In this document: one piece after another, positions 1-12,872 of the stretch
Layout of the letters: the number at the start of each line of letters is the position of its first letter
Numbering within the stretch: the first letter of the stretch is position 1
Origin: Scyliorhinus canicula
Lineage: Eukaryota
Reading direction: 5' to 3'
NCBI RefSeq assembly: GCF_902713615.1
Contig: NC_052155.1
Coordinates: 123,777,031-123,841,030, forward strand
Length of the DNA stretch: 64,000 nt
Made by a program: the position numbers and the translations under genes
Notes under the pieces: generated by a model
Databases searched by the model: none
What the model was told of the DNA's origin: nothing
What the model saw: only the letters and a program-made list of their open reading frames with translations

Positions 1-1235
1 TGCCAGATATGGAATGTATTTCGATTATCTACAAGATTAATTGTGTCCTTCCAATGTGAAGACGGAACAGGCAGATACTGTTGGCTCCAAATGCAAAGGT
101 GATAAATTGGGCTAACATCACTGTCCACTGTTTAAAAGCATCAGATCCGTTTGAGATGGAGTTTGAACAAGACTGTAACAGTGCAAAACATAGAATGAAG
201 CTCTTGATAAGTGAAATAATCTATGTTAGTAGATTTTGTTCTGTATTTGGATTCTGCCCAGAGAGGATTTAAAGTTGTTACTCCCAAGGTGAAGTATTAG
301 TGGTTACATTTTGGTGGGTGTAATTTAAGGTGATGAATTAAAATGATTATGTAAGAAACATATCACTTGCGATTAAAGTTTATTTGCTTTAAGTACAGTT
401 TTCCTGTCACATGTAGGTAATTATATGTTAAGTATACCCAGCAATAATATTGGTTTGGATTTGTTTTGGGTAGTGTGACCAAGGCAAGTGATACTTTTAA
501 TATGTTTCCTTGTTATCTCTTGAGGTGGATAATGAGAGACAAAATGTTTTGTTTTGGAGCTCTGGAAAAGATGCAAGCTGAGCAGAATGTCATTTATGAC
601 TCCTTGCTTTTTGGGGATGGTAACCTGTTAGCTGTGTGTCAAGCCCAAGGTGTTTGGGTGGGGGGGGGGGGGGGGGAGGTGCTGATTTGCTACTTGCAGA
701 GGAAAGCAACCCCAGGAAGTGGAAGAGCAGTTTTGATGAGGCACAATATGGCCAAGAGCAAGGAGCATTCAACCACATTTTGGATGATGCAGTGTTTCTC
801 TGGGTGGAGAGGCAAGGAAGCAGCCTGTCTTGCTCTCTGAGCTTGAACGTTCAACTTATGCTGGTCAAAAATCTACAACTTTTGATAAGATCTGTTGTGC
901 GTCTCAATTTGCATGCTGGAATCCTAAACTTTGGTAAAAGAGACTGCAAGTTTTCTGACTGCATGGTGTTTGTTGCGAAAATAGACCATGTTGTACATTT
1001 ACCAATATTACTGGAAGGCATTTGTTTACTTAAATTTAGAGCATATGGCACAAATGTTGATGATGTAGCTATGCCTATTCAGTGATGTCTATTGGATGCT
1101 GAAATATGGCAAGCCTCCACATGGGATCCCTCCAGTTCCAATGGAGTAAATGTCAATTTGGTAAATGTGCATTTGACATGCATTCTCTGTTCCTCAGCAT
1201 AAACCTTGTACACATATTAATTTAGCTATTGCTTA

Positions 1236-1918
1236 TGTAAGAGCCTTCCTGTTTATTTTCTTTGTTCCCATTTCTTTTGTTATTTTATTATTTTGGTCAG
1301 TGGGCCCAATTGGAATCTGTCTTTTAAGCATAAGACTCCACGTTGAAGCAGCCTCTTTGTCAAGGTCACAGTTCCTAGGTTCTGTTTTTAGCCAGACCCC
1401 TTGGCACAGAGTGGATCTTAGGAACTAGATTTGGAGGAAGCTGGATTGATTGGTTTGCTGGCAATCGGTGGGTTGGCCAGGGATAGTGTTCTTCCTGAAG
1501 ACGGTCAGTGATTGGTTCCTTCATGATGCTTTCTATGAGAACTGGGTAAGTATAAAAAAGAAAGCTGAACTTCATTAAAATACTAACTAGAAGTCCTCCA
1601 AGGGCATCGAGGAAGTTTTAAAATTAATGTTTTTTTTCCCCGTTCTGTCACCTTTCCCCTCTTTTTCGTGTAGTGGGGGGAGTTAGGAAGGGGAGTTGGG
1701 GAAGGGATAGTAGATAGTCATGTCATGTTTTCTGTCCATTTAATTATAAATACATAATAAAAGGTTACTTTTGTTAAAGTTACAAACCTGATGACAGCAG
1801 CCGATTGGGCTTAACCAAGGACCCTCGGGTATTTGAAATAAAATCTTATTTCACCTGTGTTGCAACTCCAGGTCAAGTGGGGCTGGAATTGACTGCACTA
1901 ACCCAGGGTGTTGTGACA
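1236..1918 (+). mobile_element. Solo LTR (family A)
   Basis: TGTAAG...TGTGACA termini, internal AATAAA, near-matching 4-bp flanks ctta/ccta; homologous inverted copy at 17545-18776. Confidence 0.7.
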
Positions 1919-2189
1919 CCTATCCTGTAATGGTCAGAAAGAAGTAACGCTACTCTGATAGTTAAGGATGGAAATTACAGAGTTTTTATGCTACAATTTT
2001 CAATCGTCCTTTGTTTGAGCGGTGTCTGAGGAGGGGGGATTGCAGATGTTACTATAAACCTGACAGCTAAAGGCAAATCAACTTAATATGTCAGGGTGCT
2101 ACTTACGAGCCATAATCCAGGGGAATTTTGGCATTTGTCAAAATTGGGGTGGTTTTGCTGAAGTCTTGTTTGACCAAGACCAAGTTGAT

Positions 2190-3005
2190 GAAGTTATTTG
2201 AAGTAATATAGACAGGATTGCTGATGTTTCTTTGTGTAGATGGCCTTTCTAAAGGTGTTTACTCAAATACTGTATAATTTTCTTTGTAAATTTGAAGCCC
2301 ATGGCATTACATTGACAATGGGGATATGAAATTGGTTATAGGATAGAATGCAGAATGTACCGGTGAATGCTAGTTTTTCAGACTGGAGGGGAAAATCGTC
2401 TTCTCTGGGATAAACTGTTAAAATGAACCGACTAAAGGCACCTGAAATTAATTGCAGAAGGGTGATAAACTTTGGTAGGACGATTGCGAGGTAATCTAAA
2501 CTAAATGGTATAATTATGAAGGGTATGCAGGGACCGGTTTGAAAATGTATATACAAAGCCTTTGAAGCTGGTAGGGCAAGTAGGGAAGACTTTTTTTTGA
2601 TTGAGGGCTAAACTATAATGGCAGGGATTCGATTAAACATTGGTTGGCATGGAGTATTATGTCCAATTTATGGACAGCACACGTTAAGGAGGATGTCAAG
2701 GGGAGATTTGACTTGGTGTTCAAAATCATGAAGGGTTTTGTTAGTAAAGGAGAAAGTATTTTCAGTGGCAGATGGTTCAGTAACCAGAGTACATAGATTT
2801 TTATAATTGGCAAAAGAATCAAAGACACCTTGAAAAGGGAAAATAAATTACGCAATGAATTGTGCTTTGGAATGCCCTCTCCTCGAAGTGTGCAGGAAGC
2901 AGATTCAACAATAATTTTGGAATTGTAAAGTACTTGAATGGGTACATTTTGCAAGCATGCAGCCACGATGGGCTGAATGGCCTCCTACAGTGTCATTCTA
3001 TGATC
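2190..3005 (+). mobile_element. Degenerate CR1 LINE 3' fragment
   Basis: RT-like remnants (tttgaagcccatggcatt) and 3' tail atgggctgaatggcctcct...ttctatgat shared with other CR1 copies. Confidence 0.7.
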
Positions 3006-3035
3006 AGTCAGTTTGCTACATCAGCACAAGGCGTA

Positions 3036-3070
<35 letters not shown>
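3036..3070. repeat. (TG)n(TA)n microsatellite
   Basis: Directly visible. Confidence 0.95.
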
Positions 3071-3071
<1 letters not shown>

Positions 3072-3919
3072 ACCACGACAATACTAAGTTCTCGAGCCCA
3101 ACTGAACTAGAAATTTTTTTTCAAAGCATTATTTACTTGTAGGTTTGTTTCTTTTTTTTTTAAAGAAATGAAACCTATAAATAGCAAAGCTCCCTCTCTG
3201 CATTTCCTGTGTTTACCTTGTGGCCCGAGGTGGCTGCTGTTCTAGTTATGGATCTGAGATTATGATTTTGCTGTTGGAATGTGTCTCCTCTCAGCAAAAA
3301 AGCTAAGAACCCAACAAGATCGGCACACTGCAAAATGAAGCAAAGATAGTCGAACAGGCACAGATTTTTTTTTATTATGTCAGTAATTTGCCTTCAAGTG
3401 CAGTGTTATGGAAGCTTTTTATTTCTATTAGTACATTTCAGAAAGCAAGGATAATTACAACATGGAATCTGACTTGGTTATGTTTAGTTCAAACTGAGCC
3501 CAAATGTATATGAGCAGGAGCTGACTAAAACTGATGATACCATTTCACATTTATAGCCAATTTATATTTGGGAATATTTTGAAATGTTGTGTCTTACCTG
3601 TAGTCGACGCACACCGCACTGATGGGGAAGTCTAATGCGAAATATATGCATCAGCTAATTGCTGCCGTAATTGATCAGTTATCAGATGCGGCACAAAATC
3701 TTTGTAAATATATTTTTAGGGTTTCTTCTTTACAAGTAATGCAACAAGATTTTTGAAGCACAACTGATTCAGAATAGAACAAATATTTCTCCAAATGCAA
3801 GACCGGATAAATTCAGAACAATGGTCCTTGAGAATTAGTGCTCCCAATTTTAACCCCAGATCAATAAGGAAATGGGGAGAAAAAGGGGGCTATATAAACG
3901 AGATGGGATGAATGTTAAA

Positions 3920-6310
3920 AATATATATTTTGCTTTAAAAAAAATATTTTGCTTTGTTGAAAACGTTTTATACATCAAACACAATAGCAAAAAAGAATAA
4001 TAGAAGGACCCTCCCCATCTCTACCAACCAATACATATATTACTCATAAAATAACCCCCCATATCAGCTGACGGTGACAACTCTTTAAAGTGAAGAATCA
4101 ACAGACTCCATTTCTTATGAAACTCCTCAACTGTTCCCCTCAAGATGAACTTAACCATCTCAAGTTACTGAAACTCCCATCAGGTCCCTCAGCCTCATTG
4201 GGTGGAGAGGCTGACCTTCACCCCAACAGGACCTGCGAGCAATCAGTGAGACGAAGGCTAAAGCATCCATCCCCATCTGCAGCTCCGACGCCTCAAATAT
4301 GGTCCCCAGGACACTGAGCTCCAAGTGCAAGATCACCGACATGGTGCTGAAGAAAGAATCCCAAAATTTCTCCAACTTCGGACGGACCAGAACATATGTA
4401 CGTAGTTGGCTGGACTCCTCCCACTGCTTGCAAGTGTCCTTCACCCCCTCAAACAACCAGCTCATCCTTAAACTTGTCAGGTGCGCCCTGTGCACCACCT
4501 TTAATTGTGTTAACTGTAATCTCGCTCACTAGGTTGGGGCATTCACCCTCTGCAAAACCTCCCACCACAGCCTCACCCCCAGTTCCTCCTCCCACTTGAC
4601 CCCAACCCCCTCCAACGACCCCATATCGGCATCTGATTTGACCCCACCCCTAACTTAAAATGCTGCCGAAATTGTCTCCATCTGTGTGGCCTCCACCAAC
4701 AGACTACCTGAATATTTCCCTGGTGCAAATGGAAGCTGTGCCGTTGCCAGCACCCGAAACCCTGAACCCCGACAAGATCCTGCCTTCATCCTTGCCTACG
4801 TTGCCTCTGGCTCCCTACTCCAGCCCCATACCTTCTCTGCATTCACCGCACAATAATGATACATCAGATTTAGTAGCCAAACCCCCTTACTGTCGCCCTC
4901 TCTGAAGCACTGTTATCATAATCCTTGCTATCTTATCTGCCCAGACAAATGACGAAATCTATCGTTCCACCCCCAGAAGAAAACTTTAGACAAGAAGACT
5001 GGTAAACACCAATTAAAAACCATGGCAAAATATTCGGCATAATCAACTTCACCCCCTTCAAACCTGTGTTATTCTCTCTTCCAGCCTCCTCCATCGGGCA
5101 GAAGATACAAAAGTCTGAGAATACATACACTAACAAATTCAAAGCTTCTTCCCTGCTGTTACCAGATTCCCGAATGATCCTCTTCACACACCTTCTCTAC
5201 TGAGTAGTACTGCCCTCCGTATTGCTTCACCCATTATCTTTGTATTTATATTGTGTGTTTATTGTACTTCCTATGTTTTTCATGTATGGATCGATCTGCC
5301 TATACTGTATGCAGAAGAATACTTTTCGTTGTACCTCAGTACACGTGACAATAATTCTAAATCTTTACCGACTGTACAGTCCTGCCAGGCCCAATCTCAA
5401 ACCATCTGCACCCCTGATACCTTTCCACCACACACAACTGCAATCCCCCCTGGCAGGGAGAGCAAAAAACACTCTCTCTTCTCCAAATCAATTTGCATCC
5501 CGAGAAAGTCCCAAGTCGCACGTGGAGCCCCATTACATTCTCCACCTGGGGAATCCAGGTTGGAAATATACAACAAAAGGTCATCTACATATAGGGACAC
5601 CTTATGATCCAATCCCCTCTCACTTATCCAACTTCCTCAGCGCAGGTCAAGGCTTCTATCGCCAGTGCAAGCAGGTGGGGTTGGGGGGGGGGGGGGGGGG
5701 GGGGCATGGGACACCCCTGTCTTGTTCCCCTATCAGCTGAAAATATTCACCTAATTTGTACAAACACTGACCTTTTGGTTTCTTATATAATAATTTGACC
5801 CACGCCACAAACTTGGGCCCAATCCCAAACCATTCCAACACGGGAAATAAAAGTCCAGTCGACCCGCTCAAATGCCGGCTCCTTATCCAGTGCCGCTGCC
5901 ACCACCAGCTTCTCTTTCCCCCTATTCCGGGACAACTGCCTACCTTTTATAAATCCCGCCTGATTTCTCTCTTCCGAACCTCCTCCGATCCCCCCTGGCT
6001 CCTCCAACCCTGCCCTATCCTCCCCTTCCACTGTGGGGCACACTGGCCCCTCTAAAAACTTCCTCATATCCGACTCGTCCACCGGGGGCTCCGACCTATG
6101 CAATATCTTATAAAACTCCTGCAATGCCCTATTTACCTGATCCAGCAGTCACTAGCTCCCTCACCCCATTCTGGACCTGAATAATCTCCCAGGAGGCTGC
6201 CTGCCTGCCGGAGGAACTGTCCTGCCAACAAGCGACTGGCTTGCTCCCCATACTCGTACACCACATCCTTTGCCTGCCTCAACTGCTGTTTGTGGCCCGA
6301 AGCACCTCCT
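3920..6310 (-). mobile_element. Degenerate L1-clade LINE ORF2/3' end fragments
   Basis: Minus-strand peptides HKVSLYVDDLLLY, QAGFIKGRQL, AFERVDW, FYKILHRSEPP. Confidence 0.8.
5035..5362 (+). mobile_element. Rex1/Babar-like LINE 3' end inserted in L1
   Basis: ccatcgggcagaagatacaaaagtctgaga (PSGRRYKSLR) and tail tgtacctcagtacacgtgacaata; homologous to 34255-34652 and 9427-9568. Confidence 0.7.
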
Positions 6311-6324
6311 TCAGCCAGAGTTTT

Positions 6325-6790
6325 ACAGCACAGAAAGAATCCCTTTGGCCCATCGTGTTTGCACCAGCCATCAAGCACCTACCTATTCCAGCACTTATTC
6401 GGTAGCCCTGTATGCCATGGTGTTTAAAGTGCTCATCTAAATGCTACATAAATGGTGTGAGGGGTCCCTCTACCACCCTTTCCGGCAGTGAGTTCTAGAT
6501 TCCCACCCACCCTCTTGAGTGAAAACGTTTTTCCTCATCTGCTGCTGCCCTCTTAAGGGGAAAAGTTTCTTCCTGTCTACCCGATCTATGTTCCTCATAA
6601 TTTTGTACACCTCCATGCTCTAAGGAAACCAACCCCAGCCTAACTGGCCTCTCCTCTGAGCTGAAATGCTCCAGCCCAGGCAACCTGTGAGTAATCTCTG
6701 TACCTCTTGTGCATCTTTTCCACAGTGTGGCTACCAGAACTGTACATAGGCTTAACAAGTGTTTTATACAACCCACATGGCAAATAAAGG
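6325..6790 (-). mobile_element. CR1 LINE 3' fragment
   Basis: Minus peptide LYKTLVKP...RLPGLEHFSSEERPVRLGLVSLE and CR1 3' tail. Confidence 0.75.
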
Positions 6791-7816
6791 GAAGTATCCC
6801 ATATGGCACTTTTTTGGGGGGGGAAATTATTTTTGTTTGTGGTGTGTGTTTGTGTGCGCGCCCAGGCAACGCTCACACCTATCCTCCACCGCCTCAAAAA
6901 AAACTTGCCCTAGCCTTAATGAGGTGCGCTCAACACTACCTTTAGCTGGATAAGGCTCCGTCTCTTACATGACGACATCGCATTTGCCCTCCACAGCCCA
7001 TCGCTCCACACCTCCTCCAGTATTGGCTGCAACTCCTCTACCCATTTGGCTTTCACCCCTTCCAACTCCTCCCCTCTGATCCATGCATGAATGTCAGACG
7101 TACTGCCCTCCGAGCTCGTGCAGGAGAGAATCCTCCCCAATAAAGAAGATGGCAGCACCACTGGGAAATCCCCCAAAAATATCTTAAGCTCTGTGCCTGG
7201 AAGTACCTAAACATGTCTGAGCCTAACAGCCCAAATTTCTCTTTCTCCTCCTCCTCCAGACTGGCAAACCACCCTTCCAAAAATAAACTCCCATGCTCTC
7301 CAGCACCCTCTCCCCCCTTCCACCAAATGTGGCATCTAACCGTGCTGGCTTAAACAGGTGGTTAGCACAAATAGGAGCCAGCGTTGAAGCCGCCCCAACT
7401 TAAAATGATGAGGAGCTGCCTTCATATTTTTAGTGTGGACACTCCACTGGGTTCGTTGAGTACTTGGCACTGTTACCAATTTCCCCAAACTTGTCCCCCT
7501 ACATCACCCTCATTTCATCTGAACCCAGAGAACTCCTGGGCCCCGCAGTACCCCAACACCTCTGCCATGGTCGCCCAATAATGCAGCAAATTTGGCAACG
7601 CTAGACCCCCTGCCTGTCTCTCCCTCTGAAGCACTGCCCCCTTCAGATCCTCAGGGCCTCACCTGCCCACATAAAATCGGAAATAAGCCAATCAAACCTT
7701 CAGAAAACGTCTTGGGCAGGACGACCCGAAAACACTGAAATAAAAATAAGATGTTCATCTTAACTGATTGGACCTGGCCCGCCAATGATAACAGGGTTCC
7801 ACCGTTCCAATCTAGC

Positions 7817-8366
7817 TGTTATGAGCCAGGGTTTAGAGAACCCCAAAGTGTAGCATGGAGTTCACCTGACCCACAACTTTTAATAGATTGTGGTGTGTGG
7901 ACTACACGGCCCACTCTACAGGTGTGGTACAGCAGAAATGGAAAAGTATTTTTTAAAGCAAAACAATGTTTATTCTATGAACTCGAGTTTACCTTTTTAA
8001 AACATACAGTGAACATCTTAGCAACCATCAATTCAAATACAACCCCCAAAGAATACAACACTAAGTAATCCTTAATAAATTCCCAAACAACGTTCAGAAG
8101 ACAAAAGACCCTTTTAACACAAAGATCAGGTTTAAATTTGCTATTGAGAGCAGTTAACACGTTGAAATCAGCAAATGAACATTCATAAGCTTGCAGAGAT
8201 TCATACACATCCTGCTGTGATTTCAGCTTCTCCAAAACTGAAATGAAACCAAACCCGCCCTGCAGTCTAAAGCAGAAGTAAAAAGATGAGACAGCCCAGC
8301 TCCACCGAATCTCTGACATCACTGCAGTAATAAACATCCATTTCTTAAAGGTACACTCACATGACA
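7817..8366 (-). mobile_element. Solo LTR (family B)
   Basis: TGTTATG...CATGACA termini; highly similar to 57278-57832; AATAAA on the minus strand. Confidence 0.8.
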
Positions 8367-8598
8367 GACCTTAACTCTACCCACCATGCTTAAATAATTC
8401 AACCATCTGAAGCGGCCCCCAGTCCCCTGCCACCTGGACTCCTGGGTGTCAAAAACGAGTCAGCCACCAACCAAAACGCCCCCCCACCACCACACACAAT
8501 TTGGCTGCCCTCCCTGATGCGCTGCCAACAAAATATTCACTCTTCCCTATGTTCAACTTGTAGCTGGAGAAGACACCGAAGCTCTGCAAAATACCCAC

Positions 8599-8750
8599 GG
8601 ACTGGTTTAACACAGGGCTAAATCGCTGGCTTTGAAGGCAGGCCAGCAGCACGGTTCAATTCCCGTACCAGCATCGCCGGAATATGGCGACTGGGGGCTT
8701 TTCACAGTAACTTCATTTGAAGCCTACTTGTGACAATAAGTGATTTTCAT
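8599..8750 (+). mobile_element. tRNA-derived SINE family 2 ((TTTCA)n tail)
   Basis: A/B-box-like head (ggttcaattccc); five copies in window. Confidence 0.85.
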
Positions 8751-9239
8751 ATTCCCTGTCGATGATCATGGGTCCCAAATGTACAGCAGCAAATGGTCAG
8801 CATATAACAACCGCATATAACAACACCCTATGTTCCACCCAACCTCTACTAATCCGATCCCATGCATTTGGGGCCCTCTAAGCAATGGCCAACGGCTCAA
8901 TTGCCAATGCAAACGATTGAGACATTGGATACCCCTGCCTCGAACCCCGATGCAACCGAAAGGACCTGAAGTTCATGGTGTTGGTGCAATCACTAACAAA
9001 CGAGGCCGCGTATAGCAACCACACCCAGCGCTAAACCCAAACTTCTCCAACACCACGAATAGCTAGCCCACTCTCTCCCGGTCAGTTATCTAAGGGAGTG
9101 AATCTGAACCGCCTCCCCGGGAAAGGTGCACCCTCGGTGGGCCGGTCCTGTCCCCTTCCCTTGGGGACCGGGAGGCGATGGGGACCGATCCGCTTTGCCA
9201 CCCCGGTTGGTTGAATGCCTTCTCCGCATCCAATTTAGA

Positions 9240-9705
9240 TTTCATAAAATTTACAGTGCAGAAGGAGGCCATTTGGCCCATCGAGTCTGCACCGGCCCTG
9301 GGAAAGAACATCCCACCCAAGCCCTCGCATCCCTATCGCTGTAACCCCACCTAACCCTTTTGGACACTAGGGCAATTTAGCATGGCCAATCCACCTAACC
9401 TGCACATCTTTGGACTGTGGGAGGAAATATCTTGTGTTGCCCTATTATGTATTTTCTTTATTCCCTTTTCTTCCCATGTACTTAATGATCTGTTGAGCTG
9501 CTCGCAGAAAAATAATTTTCACTGTACCTCAGTACATGTGACAATAAACAAATCCAATCCAATCTAAATCGGAGCACCCGGAGGAAACCCACGCAGACAC
9601 TGGGAGAACGTGCAGACTCCACACACACAGTGACCCAAGCGGAAATCGAACCTGGGATCCTGGAGCTGTGAAGCAACTGTGCTAACTACTATGCTACCGT
9701 GCTGG
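9240..9705 (-). mobile_element. V-SINE/HE1-like SINE interrupted by a Rex1/Babar tail (9427-9568)
   Basis: tRNA head, conserved core cacagtccaaagatgtgcaggttagg, CR1-like tail. Confidence 0.88.
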
Positions 9706-10119
9706 TACAATTATTTCTGGTCCCGGCCCGGTCACGGGGAAGCACTACATTCAGCAACCGAGGCACTTTCGACGACAACTTCCGCCTTTTCAAAAAACCC
9801 TGTCTGATCTTCCCCAATACTTCTGGGAGGCAAGGCTCTAACCTTAATGCCAATACCTTGGCGACTAACTTGGCATCTACATTTAACTGGAAAATTAGAC
9901 GATACGACACGTGCTCTGTGTGGTCATTACCCTTCTTGAGGAGCAGTGAGATACATGCCTGCCTCAGTGTCTCTGGGAGGGCACCCCATGCCAAAGAGCC
10001 CCAAAACATGCCCAGCAACAATGTACCCAACTGATGTGAAAACTTTGCCAGAGCCGGGATCGAACCTGGCACCTCTGCGTCGTGAGGCAGCAGTGCTAAT
10101 CACTGCATCATTGTGCCAC

Positions 10120-10256
10120 TTTGCTGAGATTATTCATGATTCTTAATCTTGCCCTTCGCCTGAGGTATGATGATCCTCAGGTTAAATCACCTTCAGCTTT
10201 CCACCTCAAAAGGGGAAAGCAACCTATGGTCATCTGGGACTATGGCAACTTTACCG
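10120..10256 (+). mobile_element. SINE family 3, 3' fragment
   Basis: Shares ggggaaagcaRcctaYggtcatctRggactatggcaacttta with 53250-53485. Confidence 0.75.
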
Positions 10257-11059
10257 TACCGTACTTATGTCCTGGTAGATGCACACCATGTGCCCGTCCC
10301 AATCGATGTTCGAACTCTGCTTGGTCCTCTCCAGGAACCGCTCCTTTCTTTGGTAACTGAAATTGGACGATCACCGCCTATGGCGACTCACTCAGCCGTG
10401 GCTTCTGTCACAAAACCCGATGACCCTGTCCAATTCCAGAGCAGAGAACACTTCACTCCTGCCCACCAGTAGAGAGAACGTTTTTGAAAAATACTCTGTT
10501 GGTCGCTGGACCCTCCACTCCATCCAGCAAGCCCACCACTCTGAGGTTCATGCGCCTCGGCCTTTTCTCCAGATTCCCGTTTGTCATGAGCAGCATCTCT
10601 GCTTCCAAAGGAGCAAGCTGATTCTTGTGCCTCGACCAGGCCTCCTCCACACCCTTCAGTGACTTCCTTGCTCCTTTACCACTTTTGCAGTCTTGACCAG
10701 CTGTTCCTGTATCGGTACCAAGGCTTCCTTGTTGGTGGCTTTAAATAATTCTTTAATCTCCTTCCCTTGTAGCTCAAATTGACCATCCATCTACCTGCTA
10801 AACTGCTCCAACACCTGCGCCATTAACCCAGCCAATGTTTCTAACGTGATGGGTGCGGCCGCCTCTGCCATCTTTTCTCTCCCAGATTCGTTTGTCAGGC
10901 TACCATCCGTGGGTTTCTTTCCACTTGACCTTTGATGAGGCTTTTGATAATCTTCAGTGGCATTGCCGATCTCTGCACCAATCTAGTGGGTTAGAACCCA
11001 AAATACCCTGAAATAACCGGGCAAAAAGGATCAAAATCCAGGGACCCTGATGGGAGCCC

Positions 11060-11625
11060 CCTTTTGTGCGACCAGCTTTCATATGCCTTCTTAACCACAC
11101 CATCTACCCGTTTTGCTGCCTTTAGGGATCTTTGGATATGCACCCCAATGTCCCTCTGTTTCCTCTCGTTCATTGTGTATTCTCTTGCCTCGTTGGTCCT
11201 CAAAATCTATTATTTCTCACGTTTTAGGGTTAAATTCTATTTGACACTGTTTTGCCCATCTGACCACCTCTATACTGTCCTGTAAGGCTTGTCTCCCCTC
11301 TATTTGCCACACCACCAAATTTTGTATCGAGTATGAACTTACTGATCATACCTCCCACGTTTACATCTAAATCTAGATCGAAATGTGCACTTGCAAACAG
11401 CATGGGACCCAACGCCAATGCCTTTGGTACACCACTGGACACAGGCTTCCAGTCACGAAACAACCTTCAACCATCACCCTTTGCCTCTTGCCACTAAGCC
11501 AATTTTGGATCCAATTTGCCAAATTGCCCTGGGTCTTGTGGGCTCTTCGCTTCTTGACCAGTCTCCCATGCAGGACCTTGTCAAAGGCTTTGCTGATACC
11601 CATGTAGACTATATCAACTGCACTG
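11060..11625 (-). mobile_element. CR1 LINE RT fragment
   Basis: AVDIVYMGISKAFDKVLHGRLVKK...WIQNWLSGKRQRVMVEGCF. Confidence 0.85.
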
Positions 11626-11871
11626 TTCTGGGGTGTATGTGGAAATCGAGTTTCATTGCCTATATTTGATCTGTTTCCATGAAACTTCATAAGATCCATA
11701 GTCAATGCTGAAGACTCTGATTCTATGGCTCCCATGGCAACTCCCTCCTGACTGTATACCATTGTGCTGTTACTGCTGCTGGGTCTGGCCTGCTGATGGG
11801 ACAGGACATTCCCAGGGATGGTAATGGTGGTGTCTGGGATATTATCTGAGAGGTATAACTCGGTGAGTATC

Positions 11872-12194
11872 TGGCCAACACGGTAGCACAAGTGGATAGC
11901 ACTATGGCTTCACAGCACCAGGGTCCCAGGTTCCATTCCCCGCTGGGTCACTGTCTGTGCGGAGTCTGCACGTTCTCCTTGTGTCTGCGTGGGTTTCTTC
12001 TGGATGCTCTGGTTTCCTCCCACAGTCCAAAGACATTCCGGTTAGGTGGATTGGCCATGATAAATTGCTCTTAGTGACCAAAAAGGTTAGGAGGGCTTAT
12101 TGGGTTACGGGGATAGAGTGGAAGTGAAAGCTTACGTGGGTCGGTGCAGACTCGATGGGCCGAATGTCCTCCTTCTGCACTGTATGTTCTATGT
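11872..12194 (+). mobile_element. V-SINE/HE1-like SINE
   Basis: Full head-core-tail; inserted in a minus-strand CR1-clade endonuclease fragment (about 11650-12440). Confidence 0.9.
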
Positions 12195-12872
12195 CGTGCT
12201 GTTGCTTGACTAGTTTGAGATAGTTCTCTCAATCTTGACACAAGCCCCCAGATGTTAATAAGGAGTACTTTGCAGGGTCGCCAGGGCTGGGTTTGCTGCT
12301 GTTGTTTCCAATGTCTAGGTCGATGCCAGGTGGTCCAACTGGTTTTATTCCTTATCCAATTTTCTGTCGCGATTTGTACAACTGCGTGGCTAGCTAAGCC
12401 ATTTCCGAGAGCATTTAAGAGTCATTCAGATTGCTGTGGATTAAATTATGAAAATGTCTTAAAATGACCCTCCCCTTTCATCTAAATACTCAATTTTGAT
12501 CTTTCAGTAATTTTCTTAACCCATTTCATGGTTTACACTGAATTTATAATGTTTTGAGTTTCATTAATAGTCCACCATGTTGAACTTTTTCAAATACTTT
12601 TTGCGAATCAAGGCACCAGTTGGGTTTCATTTCCTCCCAAGGTGTTGGGCAGGCAGGAACATCCCCTTTCAATCCATATTAGTTCAGTAGTAGCTCGGAT
12701 ACTGCAATTAAATTTATTCCTGATCATTTCTATTGTTTTACACTGATCAGAATGGTATGTAGGTGCTGATGATGTTTTGTCCCTCTTTTTGAAAAAGAAA
12801 ATCTTGGTAACTCTTTCTCCAATCCGCCAGCAGGTTCCATTTTCTGTGACTCATTTATGTGTGTCTCTGCCT

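Larger units (their letters stand above)
6860..11060 (-). mobile_element. Fragmented, internally deleted L1-clade LINE (ORF1 + ORF2 remnants) hosting nested insertions
   Basis: ORF1 motif RRMNLRVVGLLDGVEG (10453-10650); ORF2 motifs QACISLLLKKG...SYRLIFQLNVDAKLVAKVLALRLE, LDAEKAF, SLIQLKVV. Confidence 0.8.

Noticed and set aside
466-1085. Overlapping 124-aa and 149-aa ORFs as ZBTB10 exon 1 (Gly-rich)
   Set aside because: The poly-Gly comes from a G homopolymer; there is no CpG island, no recognisable similarity and no convincing donor.
5676-5704. TTGGGG motifs as ZBTB10 autoregulatory sites
   Set aside because: Only isolated occurrences at edges of G runs, no tandem array; expected by chance.
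12440-12870. Possible NUMT or hidden exon
   Set aside because: No recognisable mitochondrial gene and no compatible acceptor/donor pair with a meaningful frame.
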